The notes under the pieces were generated by a model that was given only the letters and a program-made list of their open reading frames with translations, had not been told where the DNA came from and made no database searches. 64,000 nucleotides of DNA from Zootoca vivipara (taxonomy: Eukaryota). Shown piece after piece: positions 37,106 through 49,604 of this stretch; position 1 is the first letter of the stretch, and each line of letters opens with the position of its first letter. The translations under genes were made by a program, and so were the position numbers. The stretch is from contig NC_083277.1 in assembly GCF_963506605.1 (NCBI RefSeq), positions 113,212,001 through 113,276,000 of the forward strand, given 5' to 3'.

Positions 37106-37704
37106 GTCACTTAAGTCATCTATGTTCGTTGGAGGAAACTACAGTGCTGTGTTCACGACAGTATGCACCCACTTCTCCTTATTTTGATATGCAAGTTGAT
37201 GATGCATCTACGCAAAAGCGCCTCCCAAAGTCTTCGGTTGGGAGGAGGGCTTTGTCTGAGTGTCCGTGCAGATGTGGTGTGTGTGTGTGTATCTACCCAC
37301 ACGTGTTCATCCGTGCACACGCACTCCACTCCATCAGGGTTCCACTGCTGTACATGCCAAGGACTGTTGTTCATTGAGATCTAATTTAAATAACCTGTCC
37401 AAGAATTGGTATCACTATAAGGATGTTATTTACACTGATTCCCTCATGTATCTTTTATATATTCATATTCTATGCAGTCCCAGGTTTGATTTCCCCCCCT
37501 TTCTTTCTTTCCCTCTTTGCATCTGGAGAGAGGGTAGGGGTGGGGGTGGGTGGGCGGGGGGGGGGAATGGGGAATGGACTACAATAAATTCGCAATAACT
37601 GTCTCTTAAATGGTATGTAAATGCTTTTTTCCCTTTCTTTCCTGGACGTGGGAGACCAAACTGCAGCAGCAAGAACAAGAACAACAGTAACAACCACAAT
37701 TATA

Positions 37705-37770
37705 AATAAATCTTTGTGTATGTAAAGAAGTGAATCCCGGGAAACTCTGTGAAATTCTGTGGCAAATAAA
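37705..37770 (+). terminator. Candidate HOXC11 polyadenylation signals
   Basis: AATAAA at 37705-37710 and 37765-37770, ~1 kb after the stop codon and followed by T-rich sequence. Confidence 0.45.
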
Positions 37771-40513
37771 GACATTTCAAGCTGTTCTACATTATGATTT
37801 TATTTGACCATTTTATTAGTATTTCCCTCTTAAAAGACTCATTGCGGTCAACGTGGTATGGACTTTCCTATGGCCAAATGGTTAAATTGTGTGTGTGTGT
37901 GTGCCTACGCATGCATGCATACATACATATATGCGCACACATACATATGCGATATGATATAGCCAAATTAATATGAACCTTCTGCGTTTAACTAGACATT
38001 TGTTGTGGAGTTCATTGTTTTCATCATTGCATTCAAATTTATAAGAATTTCTTGGCCCAATAATACAGCTCTGTGCTTGGCTCCAGATGTCTTTGTCTGT
38101 TTTCCCAATGTAGTTAATCTTTTTATTTCTTTTCCCTTCCCCCCCCCACCCCACCCTGGAAGAGAAATATATTGCAATATGCTGAAATTGGTGGTTAATG
38201 AGCAATATTGCAACGTGCTTTTTTTCTTTTTTCTTTTTAGAAAGCACAACTAATGTGATGGCTGCTAATGAGCGCATCTCTGATTGCAAACACAAAAGAA
38301 GCGGAAATTTTCGTAATGTCAAGGATAAAGTACCTCCCCCTCCCCTTTTGCCTCTTGCAATGCACAAATGCAAAGTCAAGTACTTAATTCCTTCTCTTAA
38401 ACAAAAACAAGTTCAACTCACAGACATAGGGACAGAAGCGCAATTTTACGTTTACGACTCCTCCCTTCGTTAAATAAATGTAATTTTCTTCACAGTGATA
38501 AGGAAATGCGCTGGAATATGCTTTCACTAGTTGAATGCATTTTTTAAAAATTGTGTGCTGCTGAAGACTATAACAATTCTGAGTGGTCAGTCTGTCTCCT
38601 ACTCTAAATCTACCAATTCATTCTTGACGAATCCTCGTGTTACTCACATTTGGTGTCTGAAGGTGTCTCTAGCTTAAAGGGCAAGCAGTAACAAAATTAT
38701 ATTCTCCTTCACAGGCAATGAGAGTTCCTCGAGGGTTGCTTCTAAATGCAACCATTTGCAATGCAAATACTTTGATGTTGCCTTTTCGGTTTGATTTGTC
38801 AGCGATGGGGGAAACCCACAAAAATGTGCTTCGTTTGCAAGAAAAGAGGCAGAGAGAAAAGAAACTTTAGCTTCCTTGATAGATCCATCTTCCAGTTCAC
38901 CATGATGCTATCTGAAAGGGTTATGTTAACAGGAATGTTTCTCATTAGAAGAGATGAGGGGGAAAGATTGTGTATAATAATAGGGGTATGTGCGTGTTTG
39001 TGTATAAACAGGCATACAGGCACATACATACACGGGATGGAAACTGCTTTATTTTTGCATTTACTTGTTTTTCTCCCTTCTTCCTCCTGGTGCGTGAGTG
39101 TGGTGGTGCGGTTGTTTCCTGAAGAGTCTGGCGAATAGGGATGTAGGGCCTATAACCTCCCTCTTCCTTGGATTAGACACTCAAGGTCTACTGTAAATAT
39201 GTCCTTGTCATGGGCGATTCTTTGGTTTGTGGTGCCCAGAGCACACAAGGGTGTTGGAAGTGCCATGGAACCCAAGGTGGATCAGAGAAGGTCCGAAACA
39301 GCCCTTAGGAGAAAAGTGGAGCCAACCGCCCCACTCACAGCCAACGGTCAGAGGAAACAAAATGGCGCATCCTTCTGATGGGGGAGAAAGGCGCCCGTCT
39401 CTCTTTAATAGGCGACTTCTAAACTTTTCCAAGGTTAGGGGGGAACTTAAAACGTAGGTGCAATAAGGTGCATATCGCCAGGTCAGAAAGTCCAGTCAAT
39501 ACCCCGTGACTGCGGCCGTTGTCTGGACAAAGGGGGCGACTAGTCTAGACATTGTAATAAAGACTGCAGCACTAAACAGCTTAATTTTTCCTTAATTACC
39601 ACCGTCTGGCCATAGAAAAAGACTTCCGCAGTAAATAGTAAACAAATAAGGGTGTCTTTGCTTAGCTTTCTTCCATTTTCTCCCCACCCCACCCCTTGCA
39701 CACACACACACACACACACACGCTCCGACTCCTAACATTCCCCCTCTCCTCTCCGCACCCCCATCCCACCTCCTTTTCCACGTCTTTGGCTGGGGCTGCG
39801 ACACAATGAAACTGGAGGCCTAGTTCAAAGTTTTCTCGAGCTAAAATGGAATGCCAGTTGTAAAATCCAAGTTTATAGACCATGTGGGACTTTACAAGGG
39901 TATTAAGCAGCAGTGCGAGGTAGGGATAACCCGTTAATGTTCTTCGGAGTTTTTCCTTTTTCTTTTGGAAGGGGACTATTTAGCTAGGGGAGTGAGGGGG
40001 TACCATTTAGGAGCAGGGGTGTAATTTTTTTAGCCTTGAGATGCACTTCTGCCTCCCTTCCCTCCCCGAAGTCGAGGCATCTAGCGGCAATATAGCCTAA
40101 TAGCCGAGTGTACTTTATACGCTAGCGTTATGTTGGTCACATTGTGTTTAAAGGGGGGAAGAGACGAAGGAGACCACAAGAACAACAACAAAAAATGTGA
40201 ATATATGATGTCTTTGAACTTCAATGGAGTCAAGTCCATCACCTTTAACCCTTTTGTAATAAACCGGAATCAGAAAGGCCCTCAGATTCTTTTTTCGGTT
40301 TTTTTTTTAATGTTCCCGCCTACTGAGTTAAGAGTCCAGCAGCAGGCGGCGATACGTGGGTGTGGGTTTGTGGGTGTGGGATATACACATACACACACAC
40401 ACGCATGACACCCATTTGAATATATATGGACTCACGCATTACAAATACCGATTTCGAACCAAGCCTGGTGTTTATGGTACTTAATATTTACTTCAGTTGC
40501 TCAGCGATTTAAT

Positions 40514-40643
40514 NNNNNNNNNNNNNNNNNNNNNNNNNNNNNNNNNNNNNNNNNNNNNNNNNNNNNNNNNNNNNNNNNNNNNNNNNNNNNNNNNNNNNNN
40601 NNNNNNNNNNNNNNNNNNNNNNNNNNNNNNNNNNNNNNNNNNN
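40514..40643. other. Assembly gap (N run)
   Basis: Run of n. Confidence 1.
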
Positions 40644-43600
40644 TTTATTATTGTTATAAACCTTTTGATATCTTAACGCATGGAAAGTTTTTATAACTTT
40701 GTTTGGCATAAAAGTTTTACAAGTGCCCCCCCTTCTCTCTCCTTCTCCCTCGCCCCCCTCCTTCTTTGCCTCCTCCCTCTAAATTCCTAGCACGCATTTG
40801 GGGCTTTGCATAAGACAACTTTATTTCTCGCTCGGAAGGTCCATCAGGATAAGGTCCTCTCCCTCATAGGCTGGGGATCTCGGTGTAAAGCCACGTTAAT
40901 GGCACACAGGCTAATTGCGAAGGACCTCTCGGTGTGACGTGCAAACACACAGCTAAGCGAACCTGTTTCCTGTCCCCCTGCCTGGAACCCCTCCTTAACG
41001 TGTTGGAAGCTGCTAGGAGGTGACATTGTTGGGAGATATAGCTCAGAGTGAGGAAGGTGAGGGGCGAGTTTTTTAATTGGATTCTGGGCAGGACTTCTGT
41101 TTTTAAATGTTAATTGGAGTGCAAGAAATAAGTTCTCCCGTTTTGTTATTGCTGCTGTTTGTGCAAGCTGGTCCCCCCACCACAACCATCAATGGGCACT
41201 AGAGCTGGGGGAGATGGAGATGTGTGCGCGTCCGGGTGTATTTCTGCGTGTGCCTGGTGTAGTTTGTGCAGGCCACAGCTTGTATGTTGAACATGGCTGT
41301 TCACGGGCATGCAGACCCACGCACCTCTCGGCAAGTGGTCTCAGCAGCCCAGAGAACACTCCTCCTCTGAGTTCTGGAGTTGAGAAACATAAACTTGACT
41401 GTGCAGCCTGCTCGCCGGTGGCATCATGTAAATAAAGCAACCCTGTTAAGCAGCCCAGCAAAGAGCCGCCAGACCAATCGCCCTGGGCAAAGCTTTCCAC
41501 CACCACTGGAGGTCCGCAAAGAGTTTGGACTTTGGGGCTCGGCAGCTTGGCCTCGATGGACCCTGAAGAAGCCTGTCGAGGAGAGAAAAGGGGCAGTGGC
41601 TTTGGCAAGTGGACTTGAAGCTCCTATCGCCTTGAGCCGGTCTTCTTCGCCTGGTTATGGGTTCGGGGAGGGGAGGGGAGGGGGTGATTTTCGTCGCTCT
41701 GCTTGCAAGTAACTTCTGCGGGAGGCACCTCCGAGCCCCCGAATAAGAAAACCAGCCATGCCTGCGTGCCTGTAAATAAAATGCCCCCGCGATTCCCCAT
41801 TTTGCTAGGGCGAGAGACTCTTGTGGGTAGTTAAGAGCACCCTCCCTCCCCTCCCCTCCAAAAGCATAATTGAATGTACGATTAATTTTGTCTCCTGCCT
41901 TTCTTTGCACATCTGATGGGCACAAAATTGGATAAAGGGGAGGTGGACTATGATAAGGCCTATTTTCGCTCTCTTTTTAATATGAATTTGTGTGTGAATT
42001 CATTGGGGAATGGCATTGATAGGAAGACAGCAAAAAAAACAAAAAACAAAACAAAAAACCCCACGCCCTTCCATACTTTCATTTATCCTTATATGAATCT
42101 GAAGTTTACTTTGAGAGCAAAATTGATCAGGCTTTCACATGACTATCATGCACAATCATTCTTCTTATATATATTTTCACAAAAGCCACTCTTAAAATGG
42201 CGTCTCATTAAGGCCTCGTTTATACTCTTTTAATAAAGTTGCGAACTGTACGGATGTTCAACATATGTTAGACCTAAGCGGGTCTCTCTGCTTTTGATAA
42301 CCACCGAATTACAACATGAAACCACAAGAATGTGGTTTGCAGCCTCGGAAGACTTTCGAATCTCTGCTGCAGCGAATGAAAACTGATCACGCTGTTGATA
42401 GGAGCCGTACCAAAAGAAATGTATATGTATGTTTATTCTGGCGAAAAATAAAATAATAAAATGAACAATCAATGTTGTTTATGGACTGAAAGCAGAACAA
42501 AAAAAGATGCTTCTCTACGTGGTTAAAATTAAGTCGACAACATTTTAAAAGAGCCGATCTAAGCAATACATGTACAGACCCATCTGTAGCCATTCTTTTC
42601 AAACGTTTTTAATGTAAACCTTATGTCTCGGTTCAAACGATTGCTAAAATAATTGGATACCCTTGTGCCGATCGAGTTTTTTTCCACAGAAATTGCACCT
42701 TAAAAAATGAGCAGCGGCTGCGGCTGATATCAACATTACAACTAAGGATATGGTAGTGTGGGCGCTTGCAAATATAACTAAACTCCCTGAAGCACTTATC
42801 GCTTCCTATTGAAAACACCTATGCTGAATTGTTAACTAATTGAATGAAATAGCATCCACACGTCGTGCCACAGATCTTTGGAACATAGCGACGCAGGATA
42901 CATACTTTAGGTGGACTTATAGCCGAGGTTTTATTTGAACCGACGGCTTCTCGCTTTGCAGAAAGGATTCCAACCAACACCTGTATCACTATTAATAAAT
43001 GTTAACAGCCGAGTGCAAAACTAGGGAAAGAATACATATTTTGAAATAATCGGGAAATGTGTTATTGCACATCTTATGCGATAGCCTGCCCGGTTATATG
43101 CTGCCATTGGAGGAAAGGCAGTTTCTGAGGTCGTTAGTTTGTTTTTGGGTTGTTTTAAAAACAGGTAATTAACTAATTCTGTGTATCCTAAATTTTTCTT
43201 TCCGTGCGTTTCTCTTTCTTCTTTCCCCCCTAAGAGTATGACATTGCTCTCTTCCCTGGGAAAAATACTATTTCTTTTATTTGTATTTCAAAAAATTTCT
43301 TAGAAAAAGAGGTAGCAACGCTGTAAATGAGCACTTATTTTTTGAAAACCCCTGAACCACACTTTAACCCAATAAGAAAACTAAGTCAGAAAATCCTTCA
43401 AAAATACCAGGCATAAGACGATGGTTTCTCTCCTAATAAACGCAGCTTTGAATGATACTATCCCCCCCTTCAGCCTTCTCTGCTTCTTTGTCAACTTATC
43501 AAGCAATAATAAAGTGTTCATAAGTCAGATCGGCATAAAGATAGATATACCTCATCTACCAGGACCAGAGCCCCACACCCCAAATTCAAAGTTTTTTTTC

Positions 43601-45675
43601 ACATCACCCTTCAAGCCGAAATTGGAGCGGTATCAGGAAAAATCAGATGCTAACAAACAGTAGGCAATATATTCACATTATTGCTTCTCTCCTCAGTGTG
43701 TGATTTTAGTTAAGAAGAGCCTGTCGGTTAAGGCCAGTGGCCCAGCGACGTTGATGTTCCCAATGCAACCTTTAACATTGCTTAAACTCCCTTTTTTTTT
43801 GCATTCTGTGTGCGTTGCGGGTATGTGTAACTGTATACACACACGTAGAAAGAGAGAGGGAGAGAGAGAGGAGCAGCAGCTTGAATACTGACACTGGTGT
43901 ATGTGAACACCACGAAGTAACTCTGGACAACTTTGGTCTCCGCCATCCAAAACAAAGAAAGGTGACCAACCTCAGGCCGGTCCTTTGGTGACTAAAGATT
44001 CTATGTTGGAGGTAGAAATAACTTGAGCACTTTTCAATACCACCTCAAGGAACATAATATCATTCCATAATTCTTTGACTTAAGTTACTCCGAAAGAAGG
44101 AAGCAGTATAAGAGGGATTGTAAAGTTTGATAGATTTCTTGTGGTGATAGTTTACAGTTTCTAAGCCAACATCTAAAGGCGTGGGTTTTATTTTTGCATC
44201 ACTGTTATTGTACTCTAGTGTACTTTGCCATAAATCAGAATTATTTCCTCCACAACACGGGGCATAATACCAGGCAGGGGGAAAAAAAATACAAATTTAA
44301 GGTAATCATTAAAGTGTTGCCACCAAATACTTCCTAGAAGCGAAAATGAATGCTCGCTATAAAAATGTTAAGGGGGAGAAGTTGGTTAAAAAATACAATG
44401 GACGTAAGAGACACTTTCCACGCATAACTCACGGTTAAATAATTAGAAGGAAAAGGGAACAGGTAAAATATTATGTGCAAGTTTGAGATGTGCTTTTAGG
44501 TGAGTTATTGGACACGTGCATCTTTTTTCTTCCTTGCTTGCTTTTTTGGTGGGGGAAATTCTTCAGAATTTTATGGGAAATGTGGTGCTTTGGCAGCGCG
44601 CCTGTGTGCGCGCGTGTTTGTGTTTCCCACCCACCCCATAACCCCTCGCAGCCGCGTGCCCTCCGTCTCCAGCCCAGACCAAAGCTCTAGGAAAGCAAAG
44701 GGAGACGGGTTTCAAGGCTCCTCTTCCCCTCTTTTGGGTCAACTGAACTGTCTGCCTTTGGCATTCACAGAAAGAGCAATCAGACACCAAAGACAATAGC
44801 AGGACCGTCTGCAGTTTGCCTCATATGTCCAGACACTGGGAAGAAAGGAAGGAAGAAAACCCCTAATTTATTTATTTTTACTCCTCTTTGACTTCTAAAA
44901 AAAAAATCCCTTCCTGGCTTTTACTCCCGCGAAATCATACCGAAGTAGCCACAAAGCAAGAGAATAAGGCACTACCGAACATGTGAGCCAACTTAAAGTC
45001 CACATATGTATAATTTTCCCCACCCACCCCAATCTTTCTTATCCTCCCCCCCATTCAATTTTTTTTAATAAGGGGCATTGCAAGTTTCATTTCCACCCTG
45101 ATTTCCAAAGGAGTGTAAAAACCCAGAGCAGGCTGTTATAGGCCTTTATTCCACACACAGGCTTTCTCCTTTTTAAGTTTTAATAGCATTTGTTGGTATT
45201 TATTTTCTGCAATTAGACTAAAGCATTTTTCCCAACGGGGGTTCTACTTAGGCTGATGGATTTTATTTCTCTTCCCATTAATGACCCATGTTTATCATAC
45301 TTCTAATTATTTTTAACTTTAAACAATATTCGGTCTCCTGGAGACATTCCCCAGCATTCCTTCAGCGCCAGATCCGCCAGATATCAAAAGACCTAGAATG
45401 ATGCCAGGAAATATGCATTTCGCTGTTTGTGATGAAGCGGGTTCTCCTCCTCCGCGTCCCTCCATCTACTATGACCATCTCTCGCTCCTTCTCTCTGGCT
45501 GTTGTTTTATTTTGGGTAAGACTTTGACCGTCAAAGCCCACAAAAGAAGCCTGGAATTAAATAATTCTATGGCTTTACATTTTAAAAAAATGACTTCCGA
45601 GACACTTACGCTCCTTAAAATACATATGTATGAATATGTCAATAATCCTCAGTGAAAACAATGACAGTCAAAACC

Positions 45676-45825
45676 NNNNNNNNNNNNNNNNNNNNNNNNN
45701 NNNNNNNNNNNNNNNNNNNNNNNNNNNNNNNNNNNNNNNNNNNNNNNNNNNNNNNNNNNNNNNNNNNNNNNNNNNNNNNNNNNNNNNNNNNNNNNNNNNN
45801 NNNNNNNNNNNNNNNNNNNNNNNNN
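45676..45825. other. Assembly gap (N run)
   Basis: Run of n. Confidence 1.
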
Positions 45826-48529
45826 TCATCTTCACACATTTAAAACGCCCTCTATCTTGTCTTCAGAGATATGGGTACAACATCTCATCCGCTGAAAATT
45901 CCTTGGCGGTATGTGAATCTGTGAAGAGGATAAAAATCAAATTATTTGACAGGTTTCACCACAGTGCGGTTTGTAAATTCCTCTTCCTGCTTCCTAGTGT
46001 GCGTGTGTGTGAGAGAGAAAGAGAGAATATAACACACAGCAAGAATGCACCAGCAGTAAACAAGGATATAAAAGACTTGGAAACATATTTTCATTTTCAC
46101 TCGCAGGGAAGGAAACGGGGGTCAAATGTTGGTTTCTTCCCCCCCCCCGCCACAAAATGCACATATGAAGACGTGTAGGGCTTCAGAGCCTAAACATATT
46201 GAGTCAAGCCACATGATCTGCAAAAAAATAAAGAAGCAAAGGGTGGGGGAAGGGTTGGTGGGGGTGGAGAGAGAGAACGGGAAAAAAGCCATATAATGCC
46301 AAACTGCATTGGTCTTTAATTTCATCACCTATAAATGAGGAAGTATTGGTTCCCATGCTAAAGTTTTATTCTTTGCTTATAAATATTATGTGGAATTTTC
46401 GTTGGATATCATAAAACTGAACGATTTCTATCAAACTGTTTTAAAAAGACCTATGCAGATAACACAAATAGAGGCTATAAAGTCTCAAATAGCTTTCCAG
46501 AGGAAGCAAACGGCGTTTAAAGTGCAGGAAAAAGCTCTTAGCGTGGCTGTATTTCGGGGTGGAGGTGGATTGTGGGGCGGTCGGGTGGGGGTGGGGGTGG
46601 TTGAGACAAATAGAATGATGTGGTTTAAGACTTCCTTGGCCTAAGATATTAAAACTTCTCACCCTTGAAGATGTGGAGGGGGCTGGTTTTGAAGGTGGGG
46701 GCCAGCAGGCTGCAAGTCCTTCCGAAGCAACAGTCGAGTGGAATTGTAAAACAGTTGTTGTAGAAAACATAGTCGTCAAGGTCTGATGGCTTTAGGCAGC
46801 CAGCACTGCATTTAAAACAAAAACACCAAATTTTACATTACTGAAATTGGTCAAGTTCCTTACTTTTCTCGCCACATACCCCACACCCTACCAAACTTTC
46901 TGGCTCAATTTTCTCCACCGTTTTCCTCTTCTATTTGAAAAGGCTTCCCTCCCACTCCTTGAGAATGACTATGAACTCTTTAAAAGGTTTCAGATCCGTC
47001 GTAATGATCTTGAGATTCCCGCCGTTTAGCTAATTCTGTTCCAGCTGCCATTATAAGTATTGATAGTATTAATATTCTCGTTTTCTAGTACTATTCCTCT
47101 CTTTTTCATGGATTTAGCCACAAAGTGTCAGATTCCTTTTTTAAAAAACCCCACCCAAAACTATAGACATCATTGTCAAAGCGGGATTCTAACAGTGTAG
47201 TCAATTTGATATACACTAAATAATAATTTGGCTTAATTGCTACCCTGTTTAGAAAACGTCTAATAAAGGAAACAGCACAATGAAAGCACCTCGTTCAACA
47301 TATCTTTATATCTGTAATACCAGTTATTATTCTGAGATCGTTAAGTTAAAAGAGAGAGAGAGGAAGCGAGAAGGAGAGGGGAGCCAGGATCATAAAGACT
47401 GGACGAGACTGGAGTAGGGGAATTAATTAAGAAGAAATAAACACACATAGATATTTGCTTGGAGTGTAATCAATGAAAATAAGGTCAAATAAAAAACCGT
47501 GTTTGATCGGACAACCTTTCTGCTGAATAAAGCACCCCTAAAATATCCAACAATCTAAAATTTCATTCTATTTAATTGTCGTAATTTCCTGAAGAGGGGT
47601 GGGGGATGTCAATATTTGTACCCTAAGAGTATAGGATACTTCTGTGCTCTCTCCCATTGATATATTTATTCTGATGCAATTTTGGGAAGTTTATTAACAA
47701 ACCTGTGCAGAGCTTCTGTGTCAATGAAAGCAGGAATGATGAATGTTTGCGGGTTTGGGGGTTGTTAGAAAGGAGAAGAACGTTTCATTCAGTATTTGCA
47801 GGGGAAATATTTTTACAAAAGTACTCCAGAGAGAAACCAACCAAAAGAACAATTTTATAATAGACTAGAATGAACGATTCGTATGAAACAAAATCTAAAA
47901 TATCACCATTTCAATTATTAAGCAGGTTCCTCGCGCGAGAAACACCTGAACTTAATATAAAGTGACCCTAAAGACACTGCTCCAGATTTCTCAAGGTGCT
48001 TCGACCTACGTCTTTAGGGAATTGCATTCAATATCGCGAGGTTTGTTTGCTTGTTTTCCAAATTAAAATGAATCTACCAAAGTAGTTCTGAAACAAGAAA
48101 AAAATATCTCTGAAAGGAACCGTTTTCATGCATTTCAAGTTTAGTTATTGGGGTGGGGAGGGGGAAGAAAGAGGGAGAGAACGATAAAGAAAGAGAAATT
48201 CGATATCAGGAGAAAGGATGGCGGGGGAGTTCTTTTGGGGTTTGGGGTTGATTAATTATTTGCCCACAAGAAATTAGACTTATCTTAAGGGGTTAGGCGA
48301 GAAAAAGAAAAGGTAAGAATGAAAGAAATGAGTGGGAGATGAAGTTGGATTTTTTTGCTGACCTTTTAATTTGAATTTGACTTTGCTTCTATTTACGCGT
48401 TCGCTTCCTTTATTTCCCCCCCACTCTGCTGTAGACACGCGTTCGTTCATTGGTAAACAAACTGGAGGAAAAGGGGGTCTCTCTCCTTTGTTCAACGTGA
48501 AGGTCCTGGGTTCTCTACCCTTCAGAAAC

Positions 48530-48754
48530 TGATAGATGTCGCTGTTGCTCCACGCTGGTTTTCTCCTCTCTCAACAACTTGACCCCGGTGACGTCACCGG
48601 CGTCTGAATCATCAAGGCCATTTTCAATCCTCATTGGCCTGACAGTCACGTGGTTGGGACCAATGCGTGGATAATTATGGTGCTGATATTTTTCCCTAAA
48701 AAAAAGATGTCAGCCCCTGGCTGTAGTATTCCTCTTTAAAATCCCTCTCTGAAA
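48530..48754 (+). promoter_or_regulatory. HOXC10 proximal promoter / 5' leader
   Basis: Perfect CRE TGACGTCA (48589-48596) within a 16-bp palindrome, YY1-like GCCATTTT (48617-48624), ATTGG (48633-48637), CACGTG (48647-48652) and CCAAT (48660-48664). Confidence 0.7.
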
Positions 48755-49604
48755 ATGTCATGTCCCAACAATGTGACTTCTAACTCGTTTTTGATGGACT
48801 CGTTAGCCGGTACCTGCAGAGGGGAGAATTATTCCTCTAACCAAGGAATGTATATGCAATCTGGGAACGACTTCAACTGTGGAATGATGAGGAACTGTGG
48901 AATTATCCCGTCTCTTTCCAAAAGAGACGATGTGAATAACGCCAGCCTGTCTCTCAACTCCTATCCATCTTACCTTTCTCAGCTAGACACCTGGTGTGAC
49001 CCCAAAAATACTTACCGAATCGAACAACCTGTTGCGAGACAACTCCCCTCCTGCTCTTTCCCAACCAATGTCAAGGAAGAAAATGCTTGCTGTATGTACA
49101 ATGCTGACAAAAGAGCCAAAAACGCCACTGAGGCGACCCTCTACCCCAATCAGATGCCTGAACCTTGCCTAAATGACCATGAAGTCCCCGTGCCCAGCTA
49201 CTACCGAGCCAGCCAAGGTTATTCCTCCATGGAAAAGGCGTCAAACTGCAGCAACCCAAGCGAGTTTGAGGCAAGTTTTGAACCCAGGGCGAGCCTCAGC
49301 CAAAGGAGTGAGCATCTTGAGCAACCACCACAACCACCACAACCACCTCCTCCTCCTCCACCTCCTCCACCACCAGCTCAGCAACCACAGCAGCAGCAAC
49401 CGCCACCGCCACCACTGTCCCAACCAGGAGCTAAAGTCAGCTTCCCTGACAACACGAAGTCTGATAACCCTCAGAACACGTCCGCCAACGAAATTAAAAC
49501 AGAAAAAAGTCTCCCCGCTGCCAAAATCAGTTCGTCGGAAACGGAGAAGGACGTGAATAAATGCACAGACACCAGTACTGACAATTCTGACAACGAAGCA
49601 AAAG
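48755..49604 (+). CDS. HOXC10: Homeobox C10, coding exon 1 (donor AAG|GTAAGG at 49605)
   Basis: MSCPNNVTSNSFLMDSL...YMQSGNDFNCGMMR...EVPVPSYYRAS...STDNSDNEAK matches HOXC10. The exon is 850 nt (phase 1). Confidence 0.97.

Noticed and set aside
37021-37377. ORF with a poly-His tract
   Set aside because: It is a translation of the (CAT)n microsatellite in the HOXC11 3' UTR.
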